The notes under the pieces: generated by a model | Told to the model about the DNA's origin: nothing | The model's database searches: none | What the model saw: the letters and a program-made list of their open reading frames with translations, nothing else | DNA from: a virus | IMG/VR virus record: IMGVR_UViG_3300048589_000504 | Coordinates: 6,609 to 70,608 of that record | Strand: one strand, 5' to 3' | DNA: 64,000 bases | In this document: positions 29,477-38,173 of the stretch, piece after piece | Position numbering within the stretch: the stretch's first letter is position 1 | Layout of the letters: every line of letters starts with the position of its first letter | Position numbers and translations under genes: made by a program

Positions 29477-31618
29477 ATGTTAACCGATTGGCAGTTTTTC
29501 AAGCACAGCGGCAACCCCTCCGGCATACAGGACGGAGATGTATTCAGCATCTCCACCGATGGCGGGGAGAGGGGCACTTTTTTCAGATATCTGGAAGGCG
29601 TCACGGCCGGCCAGTTGGTGCGCTATACAGGCGGCTCAAGCGGCAGTACGCCGCAGACAAAGGTTCTGTTCTATAAAGGGAATACGTACACAAATAAAAG
29701 TGTCGATGTCGAGAGCGGCAATGTCGTCACTGTGCCCAGTGGCGTGAATAAGCTGCGTCTTGATCTGCGCAACTGGGGCGGCGGCGGCACGGCCGTTTGG
29801 GAGAATCCGCAGCTCGCGCTTGTTGACGATCCTGAACCTGAGCCGCCGACAGAGCCGGATGAGCCGGAACCCGATCCAGTTCCCGATCCACAGCCGGAAC
29901 CGGAGCCTGACCCTGAACCGGAGCCGCAACCCGATCCAACCCCTGAGCCACCGACGGGGCCGGTCTACTTTGTAGCCACAAATGGCAACGACAGCGTGAG
30001 CAAAGAAGCTAACAGCATCGACCGGCCGTGGAAAACGCTGCACCTGAGCGCCGCCAAACTATCGGCAGGTGACACGCTGTACGTGCGTGGGGGCACGTAC
30101 GCGCTCCCGGTTGATGGCGAGATAGCTATCAAAAAATCGGGCGTTACCATGTCCGCATATGACAATGAGACAGTCATGATTGATGGGCGTGCTACTTTCC
30201 ACCAGGCGCTTGGCATCAATTCCAGGGCCACGAATCCCGTGGGCACAACTGAATACGAGCCGCTTATTAGTGTTGAGGCTTCCGGCGTGACATTAAAGGG
30301 GTTGCGTATACGCGACAGCGGGGGGGAGGGTATCCGCATCAAAGGGTTAAACGGCACGGTTGACAACTGTCATGTTGATACGTCATTTGGGCCAGGCATT
30401 TCATTTTTGAGTGGTGGCAGCGGTCTGGCGAAAGATTCCTCTGTTACACGGGCCAGTCGCAAGGACAAGGGAGAGGCATTTCGGGCCAGGCTTGCATCAG
30501 GCCCCGTCACTTTTTTGCGCTGTAAGTGTTCGCACGGCGGGGCCGAGGGGCTTTGCTCTGTTCAGAGCGACGACGTTACGTTTCTGGACTGCGAGGCTTG
30601 GGATAATAACAAAGTCCAGGTTTATTTTGAGGGGTCGCGCCGTACCCGAATGGACGGGTGTCTAATCTACTGCACAAATGAAATTGAAAATGGCGGGTTT
30701 GAATACTCAGAAGGAATTCATATTGCATCAGAAATATACGATAACGCTGACGGTAGAGTATGGGTTTGTGAAGATATTGAAGTAACAAACACCCTGATTG
30801 TCGGGTGTGGCCCCAATCTATCCATCTCCGGTGGTAAGCACCGGGATAGGCCAGTAGATGTTTGGGGTCTGCGTAATTTTCGATTCTTTCACAATACTTT
30901 CGTCAATGCCCGTGCTAACGAAGGCATACTCATTGGCAACCAAATCCCTGCCGACAACAACAAAAATAACACGCCAAGTTGGTTTGTCAATAACATTATT
31001 GTGCAAGAGGGCAACCTGCCGATAGCCCGAACATTTACGGGGACGGATTTTTCAAAGTTCGTGTTTAGTCATAATGTATGGAGCAAACAGCCTTCCCCAG
31101 CCGATTTCTATAACGCTGCTACCGACAAGCTGGGAAACGCCGGCCTCAGCAATCCTCCGGCGATCCTTGAATCTCCGGCAGACATGCATGTCAGAGACTA
31201 CAAACTTACAGGCAGCAGCGCGGCCATCGCTGCGGGTACAAAAGCATACAACGCGGCGAGTGGTGTCAGTGTGAAGGTTGATTACTTTGACGCCCCGCTG
31301 AGCAGCCCGCCTGATGCGGGGTTCCACCAGTTTGGCGCAGTGCCACAACCGGAGCCCGATCCTGATCCAGTGCCCGATCCTGACCCTGAACCGGAGCCTG
31401 ATCCTGATCCAATCCCTGAACCCGATCCGGTTCCCGATCCTGATCCGCAGCCTGAACCGGTTGCGGCGAGTGGATACAGGATCGGCACGGCCGTTGTGCT
31501 TGTCATCCCGGCACTGGCTGACATGACAGCGCCGCTATTCGGTATGCAACTGTCAGTGCGCGGGGAATGGGTTGACGGCGAACTGCACTTGATCATCGAC
31601 CAGCTACAGGAGAGCTAA
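29477..31618 (+). CDS. right-handed beta-helix (pectin-lyase-like) protein, putative depolymerase/adhesin
   Basis: YFVATNGND...PWKTL...AGDTLYVRGGTY...HNTF..NNI...PDAG; Pro/Asp/Glu linkers on both sides. Confidence 0.8.
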   Translation: MLTDWQFFKHSGNPSGIQDGDVFSISTDGGERGTFFRYLEGVTAGQLVRYTGGSSGSTPQTKVLFYKGNTYTNKSVDVESGNVVTVPSGVNKLRLDLRNWGGGGTAVWENPQLALVDDPEPEPPTEPDEPEPDPVPDPQPEPEPDPEPEPQPDPTPEPPTGPVYFVATNGNDSVSKEANSIDRPWKTLHLSAAKLSAGDTLYVRGGTYALPVDGEIAIKKSGVTMSAYDNETVMIDGRATFHQALGINSRATNPVGTTEYEPLISVEASGVTLKGLRIRDSGGEGIRIKGLNGTVDNCHVDTSFGPGISFLSGGSGLAKDSSVTRASRKDKGEAFRARLASGPVTFLRCKCSHGGAEGLCSVQSDDVTFLDCEAWDNNKVQVYFEGSRRTRMDGCLIYCTNEIENGGFEYSEGIHIASEIYDNADGRVWVCEDIEVTNTLIVGCGPNLSISGGKHRDRPVDVWGLRNFRFFHNTFVNARANEGILIGNQIPADNNKNNTPSWFVNNIIVQEGNLPIARTFTGTDFSKFVFSHNVWSKQPSPADFYNAATDKLGNAGLSNPPAILESPADMHVRDYKLTGSSAAIAAGTKAYNAASGVSVKVDYFDAPLSSPPDAGFHQFGAVPQPEPDPDPVPDPDPEPEPDPDPIPEPDPVPDPDPQPEPVAASGYRIGTAVVLVIPALADMTAPLFGMQLSVRGEWVDGELHLIIDQLQES

Positions 31619-32742
31619 TGTCCTACTGGTTTGGCGAGGTAAGCCACTCGCTTGACGATATCTTCGAGGAAGATGACGGGACGGTGCAAACCGCCGACAA
31701 CTACGAGCCGTTCAAGAACGACTGTTGGCGGTTAGCACGGTTCACCGAGGTTGCTATCCCGCGTGGCGCGACGATTCTGGACGCGCGCTATATGACGTTC
31801 GTTGCATCAGTCAGCGACGCGGGCAAGGCTGACTTCCGTATTTATGGCGAAGCCGTGGGTAGCTCGGCACGGCCGTCGGCGCTTGCACTCGATTACGCAA
31901 TCAGCAGCAAGAGCCTGACGGCCGCCTATACGTCATGCGTTAGCGAGCGATTCGTCGGAGATAAGGCCGGCTACTATCACTGGGATGTAACCGACGTTAT
32001 ACAGGAGCTTGTCGATCGCGGCGACTGGACATCCGGCAATGCCCTGTCGCTCATCATGCGTGATAGCGGCGCGTCTGACACTCGCTTTAAGAGTTATGAC
32101 ATCGGCCAGCCGGACAAACTGGAAGTGCTCTACCAGATGTCGGGGTCAAGCATTTGTCGCTGGATCGAACACTCGCTGGACGATGCGCGACAGGCCGGAG
32201 TGAGTGTTAATACTGACGGGGACGGCGTGTATATCGGGACGGCCGCATACGGGTATTTTCGGTTTACGGACGTGGGTATCCCGCCCGGCGCGGAGATCAC
32301 GGCCTGTACGTTGCAGCTTTTCTGCCCGACCAGCGACACCGATGATGCCAATCTTAAGATTAGCGTTGAGGACAGCGCAGACGCGCCGCGTCTGGCAGTA
32401 GATGAGCAGTTCGTCTCCACGCGCGACTACGGCGCGGTCAATGTTAGCTGGTCGCAGTCCGGCCGTTTGTATTGGCACGAAACGCCCGATCTGACGTTGC
32501 TTATGCAGCGCGTAGTGGATCAGGGCGGCTGGGCCAGCGGCAACGCCTGCGCCTTTGTTCTGTATGATCAATCCTCGCTGGTCTACAACGTATCCACTTA
32601 CGACTACGACGATGCTCGACAAAACAACCATTGGTATGCGGCGCGGCTGCACGTTTCCTATCTGGGCGGCGCTGCGGCTCGCTATAAAAAGAAGGCCTTG
32701 TGGTCCGGCCTGAGTGGCGGGCTGAGTCAGGGGGTGGCCTAA
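31618..32742 (+). CDS. tandem beta-sandwich (DNRLRE-like) adhesin
   Basis: RFTxVxIPxGAxI...QxxVDxGxWxSGNA occurs twice. Confidence 0.65.
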   Translation: MSYWFGEVSHSLDDIFEEDDGTVQTADNYEPFKNDCWRLARFTEVAIPRGATILDARYMTFVASVSDAGKADFRIYGEAVGSSARPSALALDYAISSKSLTAAYTSCVSERFVGDKAGYYHWDVTDVIQELVDRGDWTSGNALSLIMRDSGASDTRFKSYDIGQPDKLEVLYQMSGSSICRWIEHSLDDARQAGVSVNTDGDGVYIGTAAYGYFRFTDVGIPPGAEITACTLQLFCPTSDTDDANLKISVEDSADAPRLAVDEQFVSTRDYGAVNVSWSQSGRLYWHETPDLTLLMQRVVDQGGWASGNACAFVLYDQSSLVYNVSTYDYDDARQNNHWYAARLHVSYLGGAAARYKKKALWSGLSGGLSQGVA

Positions 32743-33335
32743 TGGCGACGTTTAACGGACAAGTCAATAGCAGCGCAGGTGATGCGCGGCAGGCCGGAGC
32801 CACAGTAGATCTCACCAGCAGTGAAATCTACTTTGGCTCATCAGTCGTAACTGTAGGCCTGTTCTTCCCAAGCGTAACCATCCCGCCCGGAAGCACTATC
32901 ACAAGCGCGATTTTGGAAGGGTATTTCTCCAGTACGTCTTACGATTCCGGCACGTTCACGGCTGCGTGCGAGGATGCAGACAGCGCGGCTATTTTCACAT
33001 CCGACGACAAAAACGTGTCAAACCGAACGCCAACCAGCGCGACGGTTGCGGTCAGCCTGAGCAATGTCATGACCAGCGGTAGCGGGTTTTACGGGATTTG
33101 CGACTTAAAAGACGCCGTGCAAGAGGTAATAGACCGGCCTGGTTGGTCGTCCGGCAACAATATCGCCGCGCTGCTGTACTCGCTGACCAGCGGCGAGATT
33201 CGTTTTCGTACATATGACAACAATTCCGCCGAAGCGGCCAAGCTAACGATCACGTATACCGCTCCGGCTTCCGGCGCGGCGAAGAAGCGAAAGCTAAGAC
33301 AAGGCACACGTTTCGGCGCACGGGCCGGGACATAA
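32742..33335 (+). CDS. single-domain paralog of the preceding adhesin
   Basis: VTIPPGSTITSA...VQEVIDRPGWSSGN...AKLTITY. Confidence 0.65.
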   Translation: MATFNGQVNSSAGDARQAGATVDLTSSEIYFGSSVVTVGLFFPSVTIPPGSTITSAILEGYFSSTSYDSGTFTAACEDADSAAIFTSDDKNVSNRTPTSATVAVSLSNVMTSGSGFYGICDLKDAVQEVIDRPGWSSGNNIAALLYSLTSGEIRFRTYDNNSAEAAKLTITYTAPASGAAKKRKLRQGTRFGARAGT

Positions 33336-33356
33336 CACGAGGGAGGCTGGGGAGTC

Positions 33357-34817
33357 ATGATACTAGAAAAAAGCACGGCGACACTAATCACGTTTTTGCT
33401 CGTTGACGCAACCGACGATGAAACATCCGAAACCGGCAAATCGCCAAGCGTGCAGCTAAGCAAGAACGGCGGCGCGTTTGCGGCCGCGACGAACAGCCCC
33501 AGCGAGATCGGGCTTGGCTGGTACAAGCTGGCTCTGACCACGGCCGAAACCGACACCGAAGGGCCGCTGCTGGTTGACGTTACGGCCGTCGGCGCGGACG
33601 TATTCCGCGACCGCTATTTCGTGTTCGATTTTGCCAAATTCAAGGCCGATACCAGCGCACTGGGCACACTGGCGAACCAGACGGCGATTAAAGCCAAGAC
33701 CGACCTGCTACCCGCGTCACCGGCGGCCGTGGGTGACGCCATGACCTTGACTGTCGCCTACGACGCGGCCAAGAACGCGGCTAGTTCGTCAACGGCGCTA
33801 GCAATTAAGGCATCGACTGACAGTATCGGCGACTTGCCGACGGCCGCCGAAGTTGCCGACGCGGTGTGGGATGAGGCGCTGGCCGATCATGACGACGCGG
33901 GTAGTGCCGGTAAGGGTCTGGCCGACGCGGGTGCGGGGCTGACCGCTGAATCCATCGCTGACGCGGTTTGGGATGAAGACATCACCGAACACGCCACAGA
34001 AGATTCAACCGGCGCGGCGCTGGCAGGCGGCGTCGATCCGAACGCCATCGCCGACGCGGTTTGGGATGAGCTGATCGGAGATCATGTGGCCTCCGGCAGC
34101 TTCGGGGAAGAAGTGCAGGCGCACACGAAGAGCGACGAATTCCCCGACGAAACAGGGCTGGCCGACCTGCTGGCCGACGCGGTTTGGAATGAGCTGCTGG
34201 CCGGGCATGTTATCGGCGGTTCGTCCGGTAAGGCGCTCGGCGATCTGGCCGATACCGACGCGGCGGCGATTGCCGACGCGGTTTGGGACGAAGATCTGGG
34301 CAGTCATACCAGCGGCGGTACGTTCGGCGAGAAAATGAACGATTTGAACCCGCTCACAGTGGTGAATCAGGTGAAGCGTTCGACCGGAGAGCGGCAGGTG
34401 GCGCAGGTTGGCGCGACGTACCGGCACACGATGCCCGGCCTCATCATCCCGGCCTCGTGGACGCGCATGATCTTCGTAATCAAGAAGGATTTGGCCGCCG
34501 CCGACGAAAGTGCCGATCTGTACGTGATGGTCACGAATCCAGCGGCCAGCGAAGCGGACGGTACTGTATACGTGAACGGCCGTGAGGCAGATAGTGAACA
34601 GCGGCTGTTGGCGGCGCTGAGCGTGAACCAAGCGGGCGGCTCCACCGGTATCTACATTGACGAGACATTGACCGCCCTGATCGGCGAGATGGACGCGCGT
34701 TACGCGCTCAAAGTCGAGTGGGAGAACGACGGCGAAAGCGACGAGACAGTGCTGGACAACGGCGTCGGCGACTTCATCTTCGAGAAGCACGCCACGCGCT
34801 CGCCGATTATTGGTTAG
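33357..34817 (+). CDS. virion fibre-like protein with ADAVWDE repeats
   Basis: N-terminal LVDATDDETxETG..SKNGGAF domain; five ADAVW(D/N)E repeats. Confidence 0.7.
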   Translation: MILEKSTATLITFLLVDATDDETSETGKSPSVQLSKNGGAFAAATNSPSEIGLGWYKLALTTAETDTEGPLLVDVTAVGADVFRDRYFVFDFAKFKADTSALGTLANQTAIKAKTDLLPASPAAVGDAMTLTVAYDAAKNAASSSTALAIKASTDSIGDLPTAAEVADAVWDEALADHDDAGSAGKGLADAGAGLTAESIADAVWDEDITEHATEDSTGAALAGGVDPNAIADAVWDELIGDHVASGSFGEEVQAHTKSDEFPDETGLADLLADAVWNELLAGHVIGGSSGKALGDLADTDAAAIADAVWDEDLGSHTSGGTFGEKMNDLNPLTVVNQVKRSTGERQVAQVGATYRHTMPGLIIPASWTRMIFVIKKDLAAADESADLYVMVTNPAASEADGTVYVNGREADSEQRLLAALSVNQAGGSTGIYIDETLTALIGEMDARYALKVEWENDGESDETVLDNGVGDFIFEKHATRSPIIG

Positions 34818-34847
34818 TTTCAGTTTAGAAAGTACGGAGAAAGGATC

Positions 34848-35360
34848 ATGGCACTAACAGCACAGCAATTACTTGACACATTCAACGCACGAGGCATTGA
34901 CACCGCGACGAAACTGACCAACTTCCTGATACTGGATCAGGCAATTCAGGCAGCGTTCCTCGGCTCCGGCTTCGCTTCGCAAGAGCAGGCCACGGCCGCA
35001 CTCTCTGGCCTTAAAATGCAAAACGATCTGAACTCCGCCAATGCCGCGCTGAGTGCAGAGCAGGTGCGCTGGCAGACTGTCTCCAATGATCACGCTGCCG
35101 AAATGAGCGCCGCTATCGTGCTGCGTGACGCGGCGCATGAGGCGTGGAAGACGTTTGTTTTGGCTAATAGTTCGGTGAGTGGAACCAGCGCCGACGCATA
35201 TTCGCAGGCAAAGCGCGATCTCGATGCGGCAGAAATTGCGTTGGAAGTGATTGCTGCACAGTATGCCACAGATGAGGCGGCGCATAATCAGACAGTGAGT
35301 GATCTGGCGGCGGTCGTAGCTGCGGCGCAGGCCGCACTTGACGCGCACGCCACAGGGTAG
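34848..35360 (+). CDS. Ala-rich coiled-coil protein
   Basis: AAGGA SD; helical composition. Confidence 0.6.
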   Translation: MALTAQQLLDTFNARGIDTATKLTNFLILDQAIQAAFLGSGFASQEQATAALSGLKMQNDLNSANAALSAEQVRWQTVSNDHAAEMSAAIVLRDAAHEAWKTFVLANSSVSGTSADAYSQAKRDLDAAEIALEVIAAQYATDEAAHNQTVSDLAAVVAAAQAALDAHATG

Positions 35361-35368
35361 GAGGGCGC

Positions 35369-36331
35369 ATGTTAATTAACAAGAGTAGTACACCGACAAT
35401 CGCCTTTCTACTGGTCGATGCCACCGACGACGAAACCGCCGAAACCGGTCTGTCGCCGACTGTCCAGATCAGTAAGAACGGCGGCGCGTTTGCAAACACG
35501 ACCAGCAGCGCCACAGAGATCGCCAACGGCTGGTACAAAGTCGCGCTCACAAGCACCGAAACCGGCACAGAAGGCGAGCTGATCCTGCGCGCGACCGGAA
35601 CCGGCGCGGACGAGTGGCGGGACGTGCATCAGGTGGTTGATTTTGCCAACTTCAAGGCAACAGTCAGCAGTCTGGCCTCACAGACAAGCGTTGACGCAAT
35701 CGCCGGATACGTGGACACCGAAGTAGCCGCAATTCTGGCCGCCGTCGATACCGAAGTCGCGGCGATTAAGGCCAAAACCGACAACCTGCCCGCGTCACCG
35801 GCGGCCGTCGGCTCGGCCATGACGCTGGCTGACAGCGCCATCACCGCCGCCAAGATCGCGACAGACGCCATCACCGCCGCCAAGATCGCCGCCGACGCGG
35901 TGAGCGAGATTCAAAGCGGGCTGGCCACGGCCGCGAGTGTGGCCGCGCTGAATGACGTGAGCGCGCTGGACATCTGGACTTACGCCACGCGCGAGCTGAC
36001 AAGCGGCGGCGGCGGGGCATCGGCGGCAGACATCTGGACCTACGCCGGGCGCACGCTCACCGACGATACCAGTGTCGTGGACGGCATCGCTACAGACGTG
36101 GCCGCGCTGCCTACGGCCGTGGAGATCGCCGACGCGGTGCTCTCGCGCGGCGCTGACAACGTGGAGGATACGGCCGACTTGCTGAGCCTGGCCGAACTGA
36201 TTCTGGCTACGTTTGAAGCCAAGCGCACGGCCGGTTCGCTGACGATCTACAAGGCGAATCACTCCGATGTGTTCAACACGCGCACATACACGACAGACTC
36301 CGAAGCCGAACCGATTACTGAGGTGAATTAG
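35369..36331 (+). CDS. fibre-like protein, paralog of 33357-34817
   Basis: Near-identical N-terminal ~90 aa; AIKAKTDxLPASPAAVG; AITAAKIA and DIWTYA repeats. Confidence 0.7.
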   Translation: MLINKSSTPTIAFLLVDATDDETAETGLSPTVQISKNGGAFANTTSSATEIANGWYKVALTSTETGTEGELILRATGTGADEWRDVHQVVDFANFKATVSSLASQTSVDAIAGYVDTEVAAILAAVDTEVAAIKAKTDNLPASPAAVGSAMTLADSAITAAKIATDAITAAKIAADAVSEIQSGLATAASVAALNDVSALDIWTYATRELTSGGGGASAADIWTYAGRTLTDDTSVVDGIATDVAALPTAVEIADAVLSRGADNVEDTADLLSLAELILATFEAKRTAGSLTIYKANHSDVFNTRTYTTDSEAEPITEVN

Positions 36332-36334
36332 CCA

Positions 36335-37153
36335 ATGGCCGGAATCCTGTCATGGCTGTGGGGCAAGGTTGGCGGCACGCCCGGCGTCAACCTGCCGCCG
36401 ATCCGGCCCGGTCTGGACAACAGCGGGCTGACATGGGTTATGCGCGACGATTTCACGACGGCGCAGAAGCCGGTCGTGTGGCCGCGCACGGCCGTGCCGG
36501 GACCGGGCGCGCTGTTTGCCAGAGATACGGCCGCTGGTGATCCGTTCGTGATTGCCGAAGGGCGGCTGCGCACACCGGCACTGGCGACGGCGAGCTGGCT
36601 GTGGGCCGGGCCGTTCCCGCGCGCCGCCGGGCGCACGTTCATCTTTCGCGGGATTGCCAGCAAGCGTGACAACTATATCGGCGCGTTCGGCCTCTCGCCT
36701 TTCGTGAGCGCCGACAGTAATCCGTTCATCGTCAGCGAGGGTTCGCTGCGCGATGAGACAGTCGATTACCGGGACGCAATCATCTCGTGGACTGCCAACG
36801 CGGCCAACAACTGGACACGCCCGCTGCTGCAATTTGTCGGCGGCGTGTGGGATAGCACGGCCGTCTCCGGCGAGATAGCGGCGGTAACAGGGCAGGGCGT
36901 GGACGTGGCGATTGTGCTGCACACGGCCGGCTACGTTGCCTACTACCGCGTCGGCCGGTCGCGGGATTGGTACGTGTTCGACAGCAGCACGACTGAGAAC
37001 AACGCCTACATCTATATGTCCGTTACCGGCGGGGCGAACAACGTCTCGCTGGCATCGCTGCGCGTGATTGACGCGCCGCAAGTTGTGATTGATGCCGGGG
37101 CGGTCGTACCGACCGGTCCGGCGCTGAATTGGCTGCGTAGGGCAGTCATGTAG
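36335..37153 (+). CDS. hypothetical (virion-associated?) protein
   Basis: Lies within the adhesin cluster. Confidence 0.55.
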   Translation: MAGILSWLWGKVGGTPGVNLPPIRPGLDNSGLTWVMRDDFTTAQKPVVWPRTAVPGPGALFARDTAAGDPFVIAEGRLRTPALATASWLWAGPFPRAAGRTFIFRGIASKRDNYIGAFGLSPFVSADSNPFIVSEGSLRDETVDYRDAIISWTANAANNWTRPLLQFVGGVWDSTAVSGEIAAVTGQGVDVAIVLHTAGYVAYYRVGRSRDWYVFDSSTTENNAYIYMSVTGGANNVSLASLRVIDAPQVVIDAGAVVPTGPALNWLRRAVM

Positions 37154-37203
37154 AGGCCCAAAAGGGCCACACAGATGCGCTAACGCGCAAAGGGGAGACA
37201 GAC

Positions 37204-37524
37204 ATGGATTTTCCAGCTTTTCAGATCGTGGCAATGGCGCTCATCTCGTTTGGATTGGAGCTAATCCCTCCACTGAAACGATGGTGGGATAGCGTATTCA
37301 ACAGCGCACAGAAGCAGTTCGTGATCGCGGTCGTGGTGCTGCTGCTGGCCGTCGGGCAAATGGCCTACGGCTGCGCGTTTAATCAGACCTGCCCGGCAGA
37401 CTATGCCAAAGCAGGCGTCGATCTGGTTATCGCCGTACTTGCCGGGCTACTAACTTCAGCCGGTGCGTACAAATCGACGAACTACATCGGCGAAGAACTG
37501 GCCTACGGCCGGGGCGCTGAGTAG
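37204..37524 (+). CDS. putative holin
   Basis: 3 TM segments, ELIPPLKRWW..AQKQ; upstream of the endolysin; GGGGAG SD. Confidence 0.7.
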   Translation: MDFPAFQIVAMALISFGLELIPPLKRWWDSVFNSAQKQFVIAVVVLLLAVGQMAYGCAFNQTCPADYAKAGVDLVIAVLAGLLTSAGAYKSTNYIGEELAYGRGAE

Positions 37525-37661
37525 CAGCTTGTTCACCATGACAGGGCGCGCGACGGTTACGGCCGTGCTGGTAGCTTCTCCTTTTCTCTCTCTCCTTGCG
37601 CCCTGTCTTTGTCACCAAATCCAGCACGGCCGGGCCGACCTAACACAGTGAGGATTGACAC

Positions 37662-37931
37662 ATGGCAGCAGTAGACAACTTCGACAACATGACTATCGGC
37701 CTCGTTTCGCCGCATGGTAACGCCTTCGCGGTGACGCCGGATAACGACAACGATCTGGATTTCGTGACGCGCGGCATCTACGTCGGCGCAAGCGGCACAC
37801 TGAAGGTAGACACCGACAACGGCGACACAGTGACCTTCACCGGCATCGCCGCCGGGGTGATCCACACCCTGCGCGTCAAGAAAGTGTACGCGACCGGCAC
37901 AAGCGCAACCGGCATCGTTGGCCTGTACTAA
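37662..37931 (+). CDS. head-spike base protein, Rcc01079-like
   Basis: AFAVTPDND.DL..TRGIYVG..G.LKV...VYATGTSATGIVGLY. Confidence 0.7.
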   Translation: MAAVDNFDNMTIGLVSPHGNAFAVTPDNDNDLDFVTRGIYVGASGTLKVDTDNGDTVTFTGIAAGVIHTLRVKKVYATGTSATGIVGLY

Positions 37932-38173
37932 CAGACCGGCAAATCGCCACGCAGCACCGCGCAGGCTGGCGCTGGTCGTGTTTTCATGCGCGGCATGGAT
38001 GATTCTGCGTCTACGAACGTTTTACAACGTTGTGCGGCGTTTTTTGAGGATTCGAGAAAGCAAGAACCTTCGGCCAATTGGCCGGAAGTGGCGAGAGCGC
38101 GACCTTCCGCAATTCTTTGCGGGAGGTAGGAGAGTGAACCTAATGCCAATTGGCATTAGGTGAGGGAGAAGAC

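Noticed and set aside
33357-36331. Paralogous fibre segments as DGR template/variable repeats
   Set aside because: No reverse transcriptase in the window; differences are not adenine-specific and both copies are coding.
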